Shown here one piece after another: positions 46,056 through 55,270 of a stretch of DNA of 64,000 nucleotides. Each line of letters begins with the position of its first letter. Within the stretch, counting starts at the first letter, position 1. This DNA is from Pseudomonadota bacterium. Its GTDB lineage: Bacteria > Pseudomonadota > Alphaproteobacteria > Sphingomonadales > Sphingomonadaceae. Under the pieces are notes generated by a model. It saw only the letters and a list, made by a program, of their open reading frames with translations. It did no database searches and was not told the origin of the DNA. A program made the position numbers and the translations under genes. The stretch lies in contig JAFEEY010000042.1 of NCBI GenBank assembly GCA_018240865.1, positions 14,545-78,544 on the forward strand, in the 5' to 3' direction.

Positions 46056-46664
46056 TCATGCAAAGATCGTCTTGTGAACCTTAGTGACCGGCAGGATCGT
46101 CCAGTCGCGCTCCATGAACCGGCTGATCGCATAGCCGCAGCGAGTCGCGGGATCGCGGAAACTCAGGCGGCGGCCGCGCTTCACGACGATAAATTCGTCA
46201 CCCACATGACCATCGGAGAAGGTCAGCGCCTGGGCCAGTTTGATCCGGTCGCCGTCCTCGATCTTGCGCGATCGGCGGGCCAGGTTGGCACGGCACCGCG
46301 CGCGCCAGTCGAGGGCGTGCTCCCGGTCGGTCGGGGTCAGAAGGTCGAGAATGTGGCGGGGACAGCTATCCTCATAGGGGCCGACAGATTCGTCCATATC
46401 CTTGTAGCCGAAATGCTCGCCGGACTTGCTTTTGGGATTCCACATCACCTTGCAGACGATCGCGAAAACCTCCTTGCCGACGCCGTCGATCATCACCTGA
46501 GCCGCAGCATAATAGGTGCGATTCTGGGGGCAGGATGAGGCGAGCACCTTCAGTCCCTTGATCGTCCCGTCCGCCTCGCGGCTATAGGTGAATTGCGCGT
46601 CCAGATAATCCTTGGCGGTCTTGTGTCCGCCCATGTGGAAACGGGACATGGTGAGCCAGCCCAT
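46056..46664 (-). CDS. Hypothetical protein (202 aa)
   Basis: Coding-like ORF. ATG verified. Confidence 0.55.
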   Translation of the reverse strand: MGWLTMSRFHMGGHKTAKDYLDAQFTYSREADGTIKGLKVLASSCPQNRTYYAAAQVMIDGVGKEVFAIVCKVMWNPKSKSGEHFGYKDMDESVGPYEDSCPRHILDLLTPTDREHALDWRARCRANLARRSRKIEDGDRIKLAQALTFSDGHVGDEFIVVKRGRRLSFRDPATRCGYAISRFMERDWTILPVTKVHKTIFA

Positions 46665-46707
46665 CGGTATCTCCTGTGATGTCGGGGAAAATTCGGATTA
46701 GCGGCGG

Positions 46708-47649
46708 TCAGGCCGCCTCGAGGATCTGCCTGACCCCCTCGGCCGATGACGCCGTGTCGTCGCTGTCGCCAAACGCCAGAAGGTAGTTGAAGGCCTGCTC
46801 AGCTTTCGAGGCGGCGTGAATGATTGCGGTCTTGTCCGCGCGCAAAATGCCGAGCCAGTGGGCGACGTAGCTCGCATGATTGTCGTGCAGTTCGTTCGGC
46901 AGATCCAAATGCGCGCAAATCAGGCCGCTTCCGATCTCAGCCACAAGCTCCTCGAAACTATAAGCTTTGTCGCCGAACCGCTTGCCGAAGGTCCGGGCAA
47001 GGCGCGAGCTGCCGCCTGACCAATGAACGGTCTCGTGTGCCCTCACCGAGGCGTAATGATCCATCGTTGTGAATGACCGCCGGTGCGGCATCTGGATGAA
47101 ATCAAATGTCGGGTGGAAGAAGGCGCGATCGCCGCCATGTCGAACATCTGCCGGCACATGATCGAAGAACTCGTCGATGGCAGCTTGCCGCGCAGATGGA
47201 TCGATCGGCGCAGGGGTCGCGTCGTCCGGATAGAAATAGGCGGGCAGCCCATCGATCTGATCGGCGTTGAACACGAGATAATGGCGAAGGAAACGAATGC
47301 TGCGTTCGCTCTCGGCACCGGTCACCCGGTCCGACTCGGTCTTTTTGAAGCTCGAATAATAGACCGAGAGCGAGCCGTGCTCCCCCCGGCGAACATGGCC
47401 GCCGAGCGCTTCGGCCTGGCGATACGTCATCCAGTAGCGCGAGCGATAGCCGTTCGCGTCTGCGATCGCCCAAAGATAGACCGTGTTGATCCCGGTATAG
47501 GGCGTGCCGCAGTGTCGGAGCGGACGGCCACCGGCGCCGGCAACCCGCCAGGGCCGAGTCCAGGGCGGGACGCCTTCTTCCAGCTTTCTGATGATGAGGT
47601 TGGTGATTTCGGCCGCGACGTCGCGGCTCGGACGGGCTTTCGCAGGCAT
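46708..47649 (-). CDS. ardC: ArdC-type antirestriction protein (ssDNA-binding N-domain plus zincin metallopeptidase)
   Basis: N-terminus (ITNLIIRKLEEGVPPWTRPW) and HETVHWSG (HExxH). Confidence 0.88.
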   Translation of the reverse strand: MPAKARPSRDVAAEITNLIIRKLEEGVPPWTRPWRVAGAGGRPLRHCGTPYTGINTVYLWAIADANGYRSRYWMTYRQAEALGGHVRRGEHGSLSVYYSSFKKTESDRVTGAESERSIRFLRHYLVFNADQIDGLPAYFYPDDATPAPIDPSARQAAIDEFFDHVPADVRHGGDRAFFHPTFDFIQMPHRRSFTTMDHYASVRAHETVHWSGGSSRLARTFGKRFGDKAYSFEELVAEIGSGLICAHLDLPNELHDNHASYVAHWLGILRADKTAIIHAASKAEQAFNYLLAFGDSDDTASSAEGVRQILEAA

Positions 47650-47750
47650 GGCTGATGCTCCAGCGGGATGACGATGGGGTTCGGGAGAGGCAAGCGTGCG
47701 GGAGGGGACGATCGCGCAAGTGGCGCCGACCGCCCCCCTGTCCTGCTGGG

Positions 47751-49856
47751 TCAGGCTTCGACCGGCTCGATCACCGTATCGTCCGCGACCGAAGCGCCTT
47801 CCGCCATGTGATCATCCGACAACGCAGAGCGATCCGGCTCGCCACCGAGACGATCGGTCGGGCACGGGGCCGCAGCACCAAAGCGCATCGCGTCCGGCAC
47901 CCATGCGAGCACAGCGTCCTTCGTCTCGGGCTCGACAATGGCCGCCCCGGCGAAGAGTTTTTCACAGCTCTCCGAGATCTCCGCCTTCTTCAGGGTGGCG
48001 TGCCGAGCCGTCAGCGCGCCGCCGCCGACGTCATGAAGCAGGCTCAAAATGCTGCCCTTGTTGACCCGATCGAAGAAGTTTTCCGCGGTCGGACGCCACC
48101 AGCTCGCAACGTCGATCTCGAGGATCGAGGCCAATCGATTGTGGATCGCGACCTGGCCGCTGGCCCCGCGCGGCTTGGCCTCGATCGACATGGCAACGAT
48201 ATAGGCCAGCCACTGCGCCTTGCTGTCGTCATCGAGCGCGCGAAACCCTTCGAACCGATCGATTTCGTGATCGTGGTCGCACCATCCGGCATCAAGGCCA
48301 TCATGCGCTTCGGCCAGGTAGGACCGGGCGCGTGAGCCGGGCAAATCCGCCGTGACGGGATCCTGCGGGGCATCAGCGCAGATGGTGGTGCCATATTGAA
48401 CGATCTCGTCGGCAGAACCGCCGCCGGCGAAAACCCGGGCGTCGATCATGACGAACAGCGCGTAATCGAGCGCGAGCGCCGGCTGAGCGAGCAGACAGGA
48501 TGCGAGAATATCGCGGCGTTGTATGGCAAGCTCGTCGTAGAGCCGATTGCTGAGCGGCTTGCCGCCAGGTGCCACAGCTTCGGGTCGGCGAGCTGGCTCG
48601 GGCGAATCCTTCACGCCGACGCGAAACCTGCCCGCCCCGCCCTCGTCGGGTTCGCCGGGATTTCCGCCGCCCGCATCATCGATCGCGTCGGGTTCTTCGA
48701 CGATGAGCTCCTGCTCGCTATAAAATTGGGTGTCGAGACGCATCTCGCCCTGCGGCGTCAGAAGCAGAAACGCGCCGACATGCGGCCGCAGCTCATCTGG
48801 CAGCACGGGCGCGCGATGCTCGATCGCCTCGGCCTCGGCGATCAGTCGGTCATCCTCCTGGTCCAGGGCCTTGTAGGCATCGGGCGAGATGGATTCGTCC
48901 TGCATTTCGGCCTCGAGCTCGGCGCGGCGCGCCTCGATCTCGCCAAGGCGGGCGGATTGCTCCTCGGTGAGCGCGGGCGGCTGCAGGATGGCACGGTAGA
49001 GGCCGTGGGCGGCGTTGTGGGCGTAGTTGCTGGCGATCGGCCTGATCCAGGCAAGGCCCGTCTCCTCACCGATGCGTCTCGCTTCGGCCTCCATGATGTC
49101 GCCGGCGAGACGGTGCGCGATCTCGGGATTGTTCCAGCGGTCGTTGCCGTCGGTGAAGAGGTCGCCATCGACCTTGCCGCCTGCCGCGCGATACCGCTCC
49201 TCGCCGACCAGAATCGCGATCGGATCGCTGGCCTTGAGCGTCTCATTGGCGATGACGCGGCGGATGGTGTCGGCCGTTACGTGGCCATTCTGGTAGCTGT
49301 TCCAGACCAGAAGCTGCTTGTCGTGGCTTTCGGTCGACGCATAGGCTTTGGCGATGTCGAGCGTGATCTCGCTTTTGCTCAAGGCGTCGAAGATCGGCGC
49401 TGCCAGCGAGGCGAGGCGCAGGCGCCCCTCGACGAAGCGACGTGTCACGCCGAAACGCTTTGCGACAGCATCGAGATCGCCGGTCGAGCCGATGAAGTGC
49501 TGAAAGGCGCGGCATTCCTCGGCGGGGGTCATCTTGAGCTGATGGAAGTTGGTCGCCGTGGACGTTTCGGACAATTCGGCATCGTCGCCGGTAAGGATCA
49601 TGACGGGGACATCGAAATCGGCTTCCGAGATCGTACCGCGCTCGGCGAGCAGGCGAAGCGCGCGCCAACGGCGTCCGCCATCGAAGACCTCGAAGGTGCC
49701 GCGCGGCTTTTTGGCGGGCGTGACGAGCAGATTCTGAAGGACGCCCTTGGCCTCGATACTGGCGGCCATGGGTTCAATCTGAAGCTGTTCGTCCGGTGCG
49801 GTACGGACGTTGATCGGCGAGAGCCGCAGCTTGGCGAGTTTGATGGTCTGGATCAC
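47751..49856 (-). CDS. Large ParB-like nuclease-domain protein
   Basis: IQTIKLAKLRLSPINVR...GVLQNLLV is a ParB N-domain. GTG 49856 lies 8 nt after a GAGGAG SD; the ORF track starts at 49898. Confidence 0.8.
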   Translation of the reverse strand: MIQTIKLAKLRLSPINVRTAPDEQLQIEPMAASIEAKGVLQNLLVTPAKKPRGTFEVFDGGRRWRALRLLAERGTISEADFDVPVMILTGDDAELSETSTATNFHQLKMTPAEECRAFQHFIGSTGDLDAVAKRFGVTRRFVEGRLRLASLAAPIFDALSKSEITLDIAKAYASTESHDKQLLVWNSYQNGHVTADTIRRVIANETLKASDPIAILVGEERYRAAGGKVDGDLFTDGNDRWNNPEIAHRLAGDIMEAEARRIGEETGLAWIRPIASNYAHNAAHGLYRAILQPPALTEEQSARLGEIEARRAELEAEMQDESISPDAYKALDQEDDRLIAEAEAIEHRAPVLPDELRPHVGAFLLLTPQGEMRLDTQFYSEQELIVEEPDAIDDAGGGNPGEPDEGGAGRFRVGVKDSPEPARRPEAVAPGGKPLSNRLYDELAIQRRDILASCLLAQPALALDYALFVMIDARVFAGGGSADEIVQYGTTICADAPQDPVTADLPGSRARSYLAEAHDGLDAGWCDHDHEIDRFEGFRALDDDSKAQWLAYIVAMSIEAKPRGASGQVAIHNRLASILEIDVASWWRPTAENFFDRVNKGSILSLLHDVGGGALTARHATLKKAEISESCEKLFAGAAIVEPETKDAVLAWVPDAMRFGAAAPCPTDRLGGEPDRSALSDDHMAEGASVADDTVIEPVEA

Positions 49857-49897
49857 CGGGGTCACTCCTCTTGGCGTCCGGCAATTCCCGGACACCA

Positions 49898-49922
49898 CCC
49901 CGTTCCCCCTTCCCTCTTTCCC
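49898..49922 (-). repeat. Variant box CCCCGTTCCCCCTTCCCTCTTTCCC
   Basis: The minus strand has four G-runs. Lies between the methylase-helicase stop and the ParB-like start. Confidence 0.45.
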
Positions 49923-49961
49923 AAGAGCGGCCTCGGTCGTTTGACCAAGGGCGACCCGCGC

Positions 49962-52900
49962 TCACCCAGGATCGGCGAGAATGCGCCCAAGGATGTCGGC
50001 GGCGATGCTCACCGGAAGGAACACCCGTGTCCGGTACTGAATGATCTCGGTGAAGCAGCCCAAGGATTTCAGCCAGGCGAGCTGATCCGACGGCGCCCCG
50101 ACTATCTCGATGCGATGATTTCGGTTCACCATCGCGCGGCGGATCGTCATGGGGAATGGGCGGGCAACATCAACGCTTCGACCGGAATGGGCCGATTTGA
50201 TGATGTCCGAGGGCGGCAGGTTCTCGGCGCGATCGATGCCGAGCTTGGTGAAAAGCTGGACAACGTGCTCGTCGAAAACGAGGCGGCCGAGCCAGCTATT
50301 TCCCGCTTTGTCAGCGATGCGGTTGACCACCAGATGATCGCTGGGCAGCGCCGACCAGATCGGCAGAAGCAAGCCGGTCGCGAGGCGGATCGTCTCGGTG
50401 TCGACCTTGTTCGCCGCTTCATCGGCTTCGGCCTGCCATTTCGCGCAGAAGGCGTCCCGATCGACTATTTTCCAGGCGCTCTCGAAGAGCTCATGCTCGC
50501 GGATATATTCCCGCCGGGTCGGCCTCGTCAGCTCGAAGCGCGGGATCGGCGTTCCGTCCTTCTCCTCCATGAGCGCTCGGGCGCGGGTCTGCAGCGCGAC
50601 CATCCCCGACTTGGCGTTGAGCAGAAATACGGCGGTGCTATCGCTGTCGGCGATACGCAGCACGCGCTCCAAGGTGACAGGGGTCCGCCGCCGCGCGATC
50701 TCGATGGTCAGCAAGTGCGACGTCGCCCCGCTGACCGGGTCGGTCCGGAGCAGTGTGTCGTCGATCAAGGTGGCGGAATCGACGAGGATCGTCTCGACAC
50801 CGACATCGAGCCGGCCAGCCTCCCTCGCCGCCGATACCCGTGTCTCGACCAGGGACAGAAACTCATCGAAGATGCTGTTCTGCAGGCCGATGGGAAGCGC
50901 GAGGATGCGATTTAGCCATCGCTGGATGGGCGGCAGTTCCTCTTTCAGGACGCCGTCCTTGTCGCAGAGCTCGAGACCGGTCCGATCCTCGAATTCCGAA
51001 TGCGAGATGCTCTTGAGCTTGCCATCGACCAGCAAGTGGAACCACGTCACCAGCGCAGCGCAAGCATATTCGCTCTCCAGATTATCAGCCGGGTCGAAGA
51101 GATTCTGACCGCCGGTCTGGCGCTGACCCCGTGTGAGTGCGCCGAGGCTGTCGAGCCGCCTCGCAATCGTGCTGGTGAAGCGGAGTTCGCCTTTGCAGTC
51201 GGTCGTGACGGGCCGGAACAGTGGCGTGCTCGCCTGATGGGTCCGATGGGTTCGGCCAAGGCCCTGAATGGCGCGGTCCGCGCGCCAGCCCGGCTCGAGC
51301 AACAGATGGACGCGTTGCTCCTGGTTCGGCACGTCCATTGATGCGTGATAGGATCGCCCCGTCCCGCCGGCGTCCGAGAAAATGAGGACGCGCTTCAGCC
51401 CCTGCATGAAGGCCGCGGCCTCGGCCTGACTGGTACGGGTCGAACGGGTTTCCAGCTTCTGCCGGCCGTCGCCCGTCGAGATTAGGCGTTTTGTCCGCCC
51501 AGTGACTTCCGCGACACGATCATGCCCGAAATGCTCCAGGATGCCGTCGAGCGCCGACATGATCGGCGGCAATGCGCAAAGATGCTCGATCATCAGCGCG
51601 CGGGCAGCTTCGGCTTCGGGATTGTAGACGGGATTACCCGTCTCGTCCGTCATCGGCTCGGAGCGCTGCGTGCCTGTGTCGTCGGTGAAGACGCGCATTT
51701 GGCGAGTAGGGAAAGCGCGCTCGAGATAATCGATGACATATTCACGAGGGCTGAGGTCGATTTCGAGGTCGACGCGCTCATCCGGGCTGAGCATGCCCAA
51801 TCGCCGGTCGAGGATGGACTCGGCCGTCGTCACCAGTTGAAGCACCACCGACTGGCCCGCCATAAGATGCTCGCCGACCGCGGCGATGACCGTTGGCAGC
51901 TTCATCGAAAGCAGCGCCTGGCCGAAGAAACGCTGCTTGGTGGACTCGAAGCGCGAGCGGGCCGATGCCTTCGCCCCGCTATTCAAAGTGGTGTTCTCGA
52001 GACCATCGACGACGCCGGTGAGTTCCAGGGCTTTTTCCATGTTCCGGTGGATGATGGACCAGGCATTGGCGTAAGTGTCGTAGATCTCGATCTGCGCGGG
52101 CGTCAGTTCGTGCCGCAGGATCTCATATTCGACACCGGCGAAGCTCAGCGCTCGCGCCATGTAGAGCCCAGTCGCCTTGAGATCGCGTGCGACCAATTCC
52201 ATGGCGGCGATCCCGCCCTGGCGAATGCTGGAGATGAATTGCTCGCGATTGGCGAACGCCGTCTCCGGTCCCCAGAGCCCGAGCCGCACGGCATAGGCAA
52301 GGTTGTTGACCTCGGACGCCCCCGTCGCAGAGGCGTAGAGGATCCGCGCGGCGGGCAGATGGTTCTGGAGCCGAACGCCGCTGATGCCCTGTTGCGATCC
52401 CTCCTTGGCTCCGAGTGCGCCCTCGCCTCCTGCGACACCGCCCATCTCGTGCGCTTCGTCGAAGGCGATGACGCCGTCGAAATCGGCGCCGGCCCAGTCG
52501 ATGATCTGCTTCAGCCGGCTATGTTCCCCGCGCATCGATCGAAGGGTCGGATAGGTGACCAGAAGGACGCCCTGGTCAAGCCTGATGGGTTCGTCGATCT
52601 TCCAGTTCGATATGGGCTGAATGTCACCGGCGAGCCCGCCGAGGGCCGTCCAATCACGGCGAGCATCTTCGAGGAGGGGCGCGTTCTTGGTGACCCAGAT
52701 ATTGCGACGCCGCCCCTGAAGCCAGTTGTCAAGAATGGCGGCCGCGATTTGGCGACCCTTGCCTGCCCCGGTTCCGTCCCCGAGGAAGAAACCCTTTCGG
52801 TAGCCGCGGCCCTCCTCCGAGATAACGAGGCCGACACCATCCTTGTCCGGTGCGAAGCGCCCAGGGATCGTCTGAGCCCAGGCATGGCCGGCGTAAACGA

Positions 52901-54185
52901 CGGTTTCGAGCTGGGAGGCCGAGAGCAAACGCTCTGTGACAGTCCGCTCCGGCAGCGAAGGGACGTAATCGGGGATCGGCGCTGGGATTGATCCCATGGC
53001 AACGGATTCGACGAGCGCAGTCGGGTGTTCGCCGGCTTTGTCGAAAACCAGGCGGCTTGGCCGATAGGGCAGATAGACGCCGGTCTGTTCGAGCAGCGGC
53101 GCCGGGGTTTCGAGCCTGGTGTAAGCAACCGGCAAGACATGGTTGCGCACGGCAGCGTGAAAGGCCCGGGGCATGGGCTTGGCGCTTTTGACCGCTCTGA
53201 AGAGCGAGATGCCTCCGCCCCGCTTCGGCGCGGGTGCCGGCTGATCTGCGACAAGGGACAGGCGAGGTGTCACGGTGAGAACGTCGAGCAGTTCCGCGAT
53301 TGATCCACCCTGGATGACTTCTGGTGCGAGCCTGCCGGCGACCTTGTCGATGACGAAGATTCGCACGTCGATAGACGTGCCGTGTTTGAGATAGCAGCCT
53401 TCAAGTCGAACAGAGGCTTGCACTGTCGATCCGCGAAGGACGGTCTCGTAGTGGTCGCGCATTCGGGTGGTCGGTCCGAACCAGTCGGGCATGATGGCAA
53501 CGAGGCGGCCCCCAGTCTGCAATCGGCGAAGTGCAGCCTGAAGATGCCGAACGGCCGCAAGATCATCGACGCCGCGGCCGAGCGACCGCGAAAACGGCGG
53601 ATTCATGAGGATCAGGGAAGGACGCGGTGCGTCGCCAAGAGCAGCATCAAGAATCGCCCCATCATGGCCGGTGATCGTTGCGCCGGGGAAAACGCCGTGC
53701 AGGCGATCGCGGCGGATCGGATCGAGCTCGTTGAGATGCAGCGATCGATGAGCCCCAAGCTGTGCAACGAGCAAACCGTTGCCGGCGCTGGGCTCGAGAA
53801 TGACATCATCCTGCCGGACATCTGCGAGCAGAATCGCGACGGCCGCAATGTCGACAGGAGTCGAGAATTGCTGCCATTCGATCTGGTCTTCGCTCCGCAC
53901 GGTCTGAGTGGGGAGGCGCTGCGCGAGGTCAATCCGCGCGGCGACATCGGCGAGGCTGGCCAGAGGCGCCAATGATCCACGGAGATGAAGGGCGAGTGCG
54001 TGCTCTAGCACCTCGAAGCTTGAGCGCTGCGTCCAGCGTCCTTCGGCATCGGTTCCGCCGAACGCCTGCACCATCGCCCGATTGAGATGTTGACGGGTGA
54101 CCGGCTCGCCTGACGCCAGTTGGGATAGAAGGATGTGCGCAGCGGCACGGTCGCCGCGCTCGGCGGTCTGAAAAAGGTCGGTCAT
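49962..54185 (-). CDS. Fused N6-adenine-type methyltransferase and strawberry-notch-like helicase (1407 aa)
   Basis: LILMNPPFS methyltransferase motif IV, Walker A (GDGTGAGKGRQ), FDEAHEM box. AGGAGA SD before ATG 54185. Confidence 0.88.
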   Translation of the reverse strand: MTDLFQTAERGDRAAAHILLSQLASGEPVTRQHLNRAMVQAFGGTDAEGRWTQRSSFEVLEHALALHLRGSLAPLASLADVAARIDLAQRLPTQTVRSEDQIEWQQFSTPVDIAAVAILLADVRQDDVILEPSAGNGLLVAQLGAHRSLHLNELDPIRRDRLHGVFPGATITGHDGAILDAALGDAPRPSLILMNPPFSRSLGRGVDDLAAVRHLQAALRRLQTGGRLVAIMPDWFGPTTRMRDHYETVLRGSTVQASVRLEGCYLKHGTSIDVRIFVIDKVAGRLAPEVIQGGSIAELLDVLTVTPRLSLVADQPAPAPKRGGGISLFRAVKSAKPMPRAFHAAVRNHVLPVAYTRLETPAPLLEQTGVYLPYRPSRLVFDKAGEHPTALVESVAMGSIPAPIPDYVPSLPERTVTERLLSASQLETVVYAGHAWAQTIPGRFAPDKDGVGLVISEEGRGYRKGFFLGDGTGAGKGRQIAAAILDNWLQGRRRNIWVTKNAPLLEDARRDWTALGGLAGDIQPISNWKIDEPIRLDQGVLLVTYPTLRSMRGEHSRLKQIIDWAGADFDGVIAFDEAHEMGGVAGGEGALGAKEGSQQGISGVRLQNHLPAARILYASATGASEVNNLAYAVRLGLWGPETAFANREQFISSIRQGGIAAMELVARDLKATGLYMARALSFAGVEYEILRHELTPAQIEIYDTYANAWSIIHRNMEKALELTGVVDGLENTTLNSGAKASARSRFESTKQRFFGQALLSMKLPTVIAAVGEHLMAGQSVVLQLVTTAESILDRRLGMLSPDERVDLEIDLSPREYVIDYLERAFPTRQMRVFTDDTGTQRSEPMTDETGNPVYNPEAEAARALMIEHLCALPPIMSALDGILEHFGHDRVAEVTGRTKRLISTGDGRQKLETRSTRTSQAEAAAFMQGLKRVLIFSDAGGTGRSYHASMDVPNQEQRVHLLLEPGWRADRAIQGLGRTHRTHQASTPLFRPVTTDCKGELRFTSTIARRLDSLGALTRGQRQTGGQNLFDPADNLESEYACAALVTWFHLLVDGKLKSISHSEFEDRTGLELCDKDGVLKEELPPIQRWLNRILALPIGLQNSIFDEFLSLVETRVSAAREAGRLDVGVETILVDSATLIDDTLLRTDPVSGATSHLLTIEIARRRTPVTLERVLRIADSDSTAVFLLNAKSGMVALQTRARALMEEKDGTPIPRFELTRPTRREYIREHELFESAWKIVDRDAFCAKWQAEADEAANKVDTETIRLATGLLLPIWSALPSDHLVVNRIADKAGNSWLGRLVFDEHVVQLFTKLGIDRAENLPPSDIIKSAHSGRSVDVARPFPMTIRRAMVNRNHRIEIVGAPSDQLAWLKSLGCFTEIIQYRTRVFLPVSIAADILGRILADPG

Positions 54186-54226
54186 TTGGGAATCTCCTGC
54201 GCGGCTGCATCTGTCGCAGCGACACA

Positions 54227-54256
54227 CCCTCGATCCCCCTCCCCTCTCTCCGCCCC
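54227..54256 (-). repeat. CCCCCTCCCC box
   Basis: Exact core at 54235-54244, between the toprim gene stop and the methylase-helicase start. Confidence 0.5.
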
Positions 54257-54260
54257 GGGA

Positions 54261-55106
54261 TCAGGTCCGGCAGTGCGCGTCGAGGAACTTTGCCCAATCC
54301 TTGAAAGCCGGCGGCGGCGGGTCGCGGCGGATGATGAGCCCGGGACGGGCATATTTCGCTTCGGCGGACGCCGCGGCGCGACGCCCTTCTGGATCATTGT
54401 CCTCTGCGATCAGCAGGGTCGTAATGCCGGGTGGAATGACCAGTTGATCGAGCCGCCTGGCGCCAAGTGAGGCCCAGCAGGGGATGTCCTTGATGCGGGT
54501 GTAGGCGCCGGCAGTCTCGAAACCTTCGGCGATCGCCAGCGTCTCGCCCCCTGCCCGGCCCCGCCATGCGCCTGTCCCAGGCACGCCGAGCATGACTTTT
54601 CGGAGGCACTTCGCTGTCGCAGGGTCGAGAAAGTTGCGCTGGATCGCGACGAGCTGCCGGATCTCGCGAACAGCAATCAGCAAAGCCGGTCGATAAACGG
54701 TTTTCGGCTTCGGGAGGTATGGGCAGCGCGAATGGAAGCGCACGTCGGCAGGCGCTGGCAACAAGTTGCGTCGCTCAAGATAGCGCTCGGCCAGCGTCCC
54801 TTTGACGCCAACGGCCTGCTCCCAGATGCGCGAGACATTGGCGCTGCCTTGCGGTCGATCCTGTTCCGGTATTGCATAATGTTGGCCGGTTCGAACCCGA
54901 CGCAATTCCCGCAGAACATCATGGCGTGCGCAACCCGCGAAGCACGTCACCAGAATGCCGCGGTCACCTTGGCGGATCGAAAGACTTGGATCGTTGTCGC
55001 CATGTGCCGGGCAACGGGCCATAGCCCTGTAGCCGGTCCAGGTGCCGCCAAGAGCGCCTACGAGGTCAACAAGTTCCTGGGTCGGTCGTTTGGCCGTGAG
55101 TGGCAT
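54261..55106 (-). CDS. Zinc-finger plus Toprim domain protein (primase-like)
   Basis: CPAHGDNDPSLSI...CFAGC zinc-binding segment. IAEGFETA and IAEDNDPEG Toprim motifs. Confidence 0.75.
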   Translation of the reverse strand: MPLTAKRPTQELVDLVGALGGTWTGYRAMARCPAHGDNDPSLSIRQGDRGILVTCFAGCARHDVLRELRRVRTGQHYAIPEQDRPQGSANVSRIWEQAVGVKGTLAERYLERRNLLPAPADVRFHSRCPYLPKPKTVYRPALLIAVREIRQLVAIQRNFLDPATAKCLRKVMLGVPGTGAWRGRAGGETLAIAEGFETAGAYTRIKDIPCWASLGARRLDQLVIPPGITTLLIAEDNDPEGRRAAASAEAKYARPGLIIRRDPPPPAFKDWAKFLDAHCRT

Positions 55107-55134
55107 AGGACTACCTCCTGCTCGGTAGCCACAT

Positions 55135-55151
55135 CCCCCCTTCCCTCTTTC
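55135..55151 (-). repeat. Variant box CCCCCCTTCCCTCTTTC
   Basis: Between the initiator gene stop and the toprim gene start. Confidence 0.45.
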
Positions 55152-55270
55152 AGCGCATGGCGCTGTGACCCGGACCTATCAACGATGAGGGTCGGCGCGC
55201 TCACGTTGATCGCTTCATCGGGCACGACTCGGGCTCGTTCGCAGGCGACGAACGGCTCGGACATCATCGG

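Noticed and set aside
48396-50915. 839-aa plus-strand ORF
   Set aside because: It lies antisense to the ParB-like and methylase-helicase genes and spans their intergenic gap. No motifs. A high-GC shadow frame.
51522-52991. 489-aa plus-strand ORF
   Set aside because: It lies antisense to the helicase core of the 1407-aa protein. The same reasoning applies.
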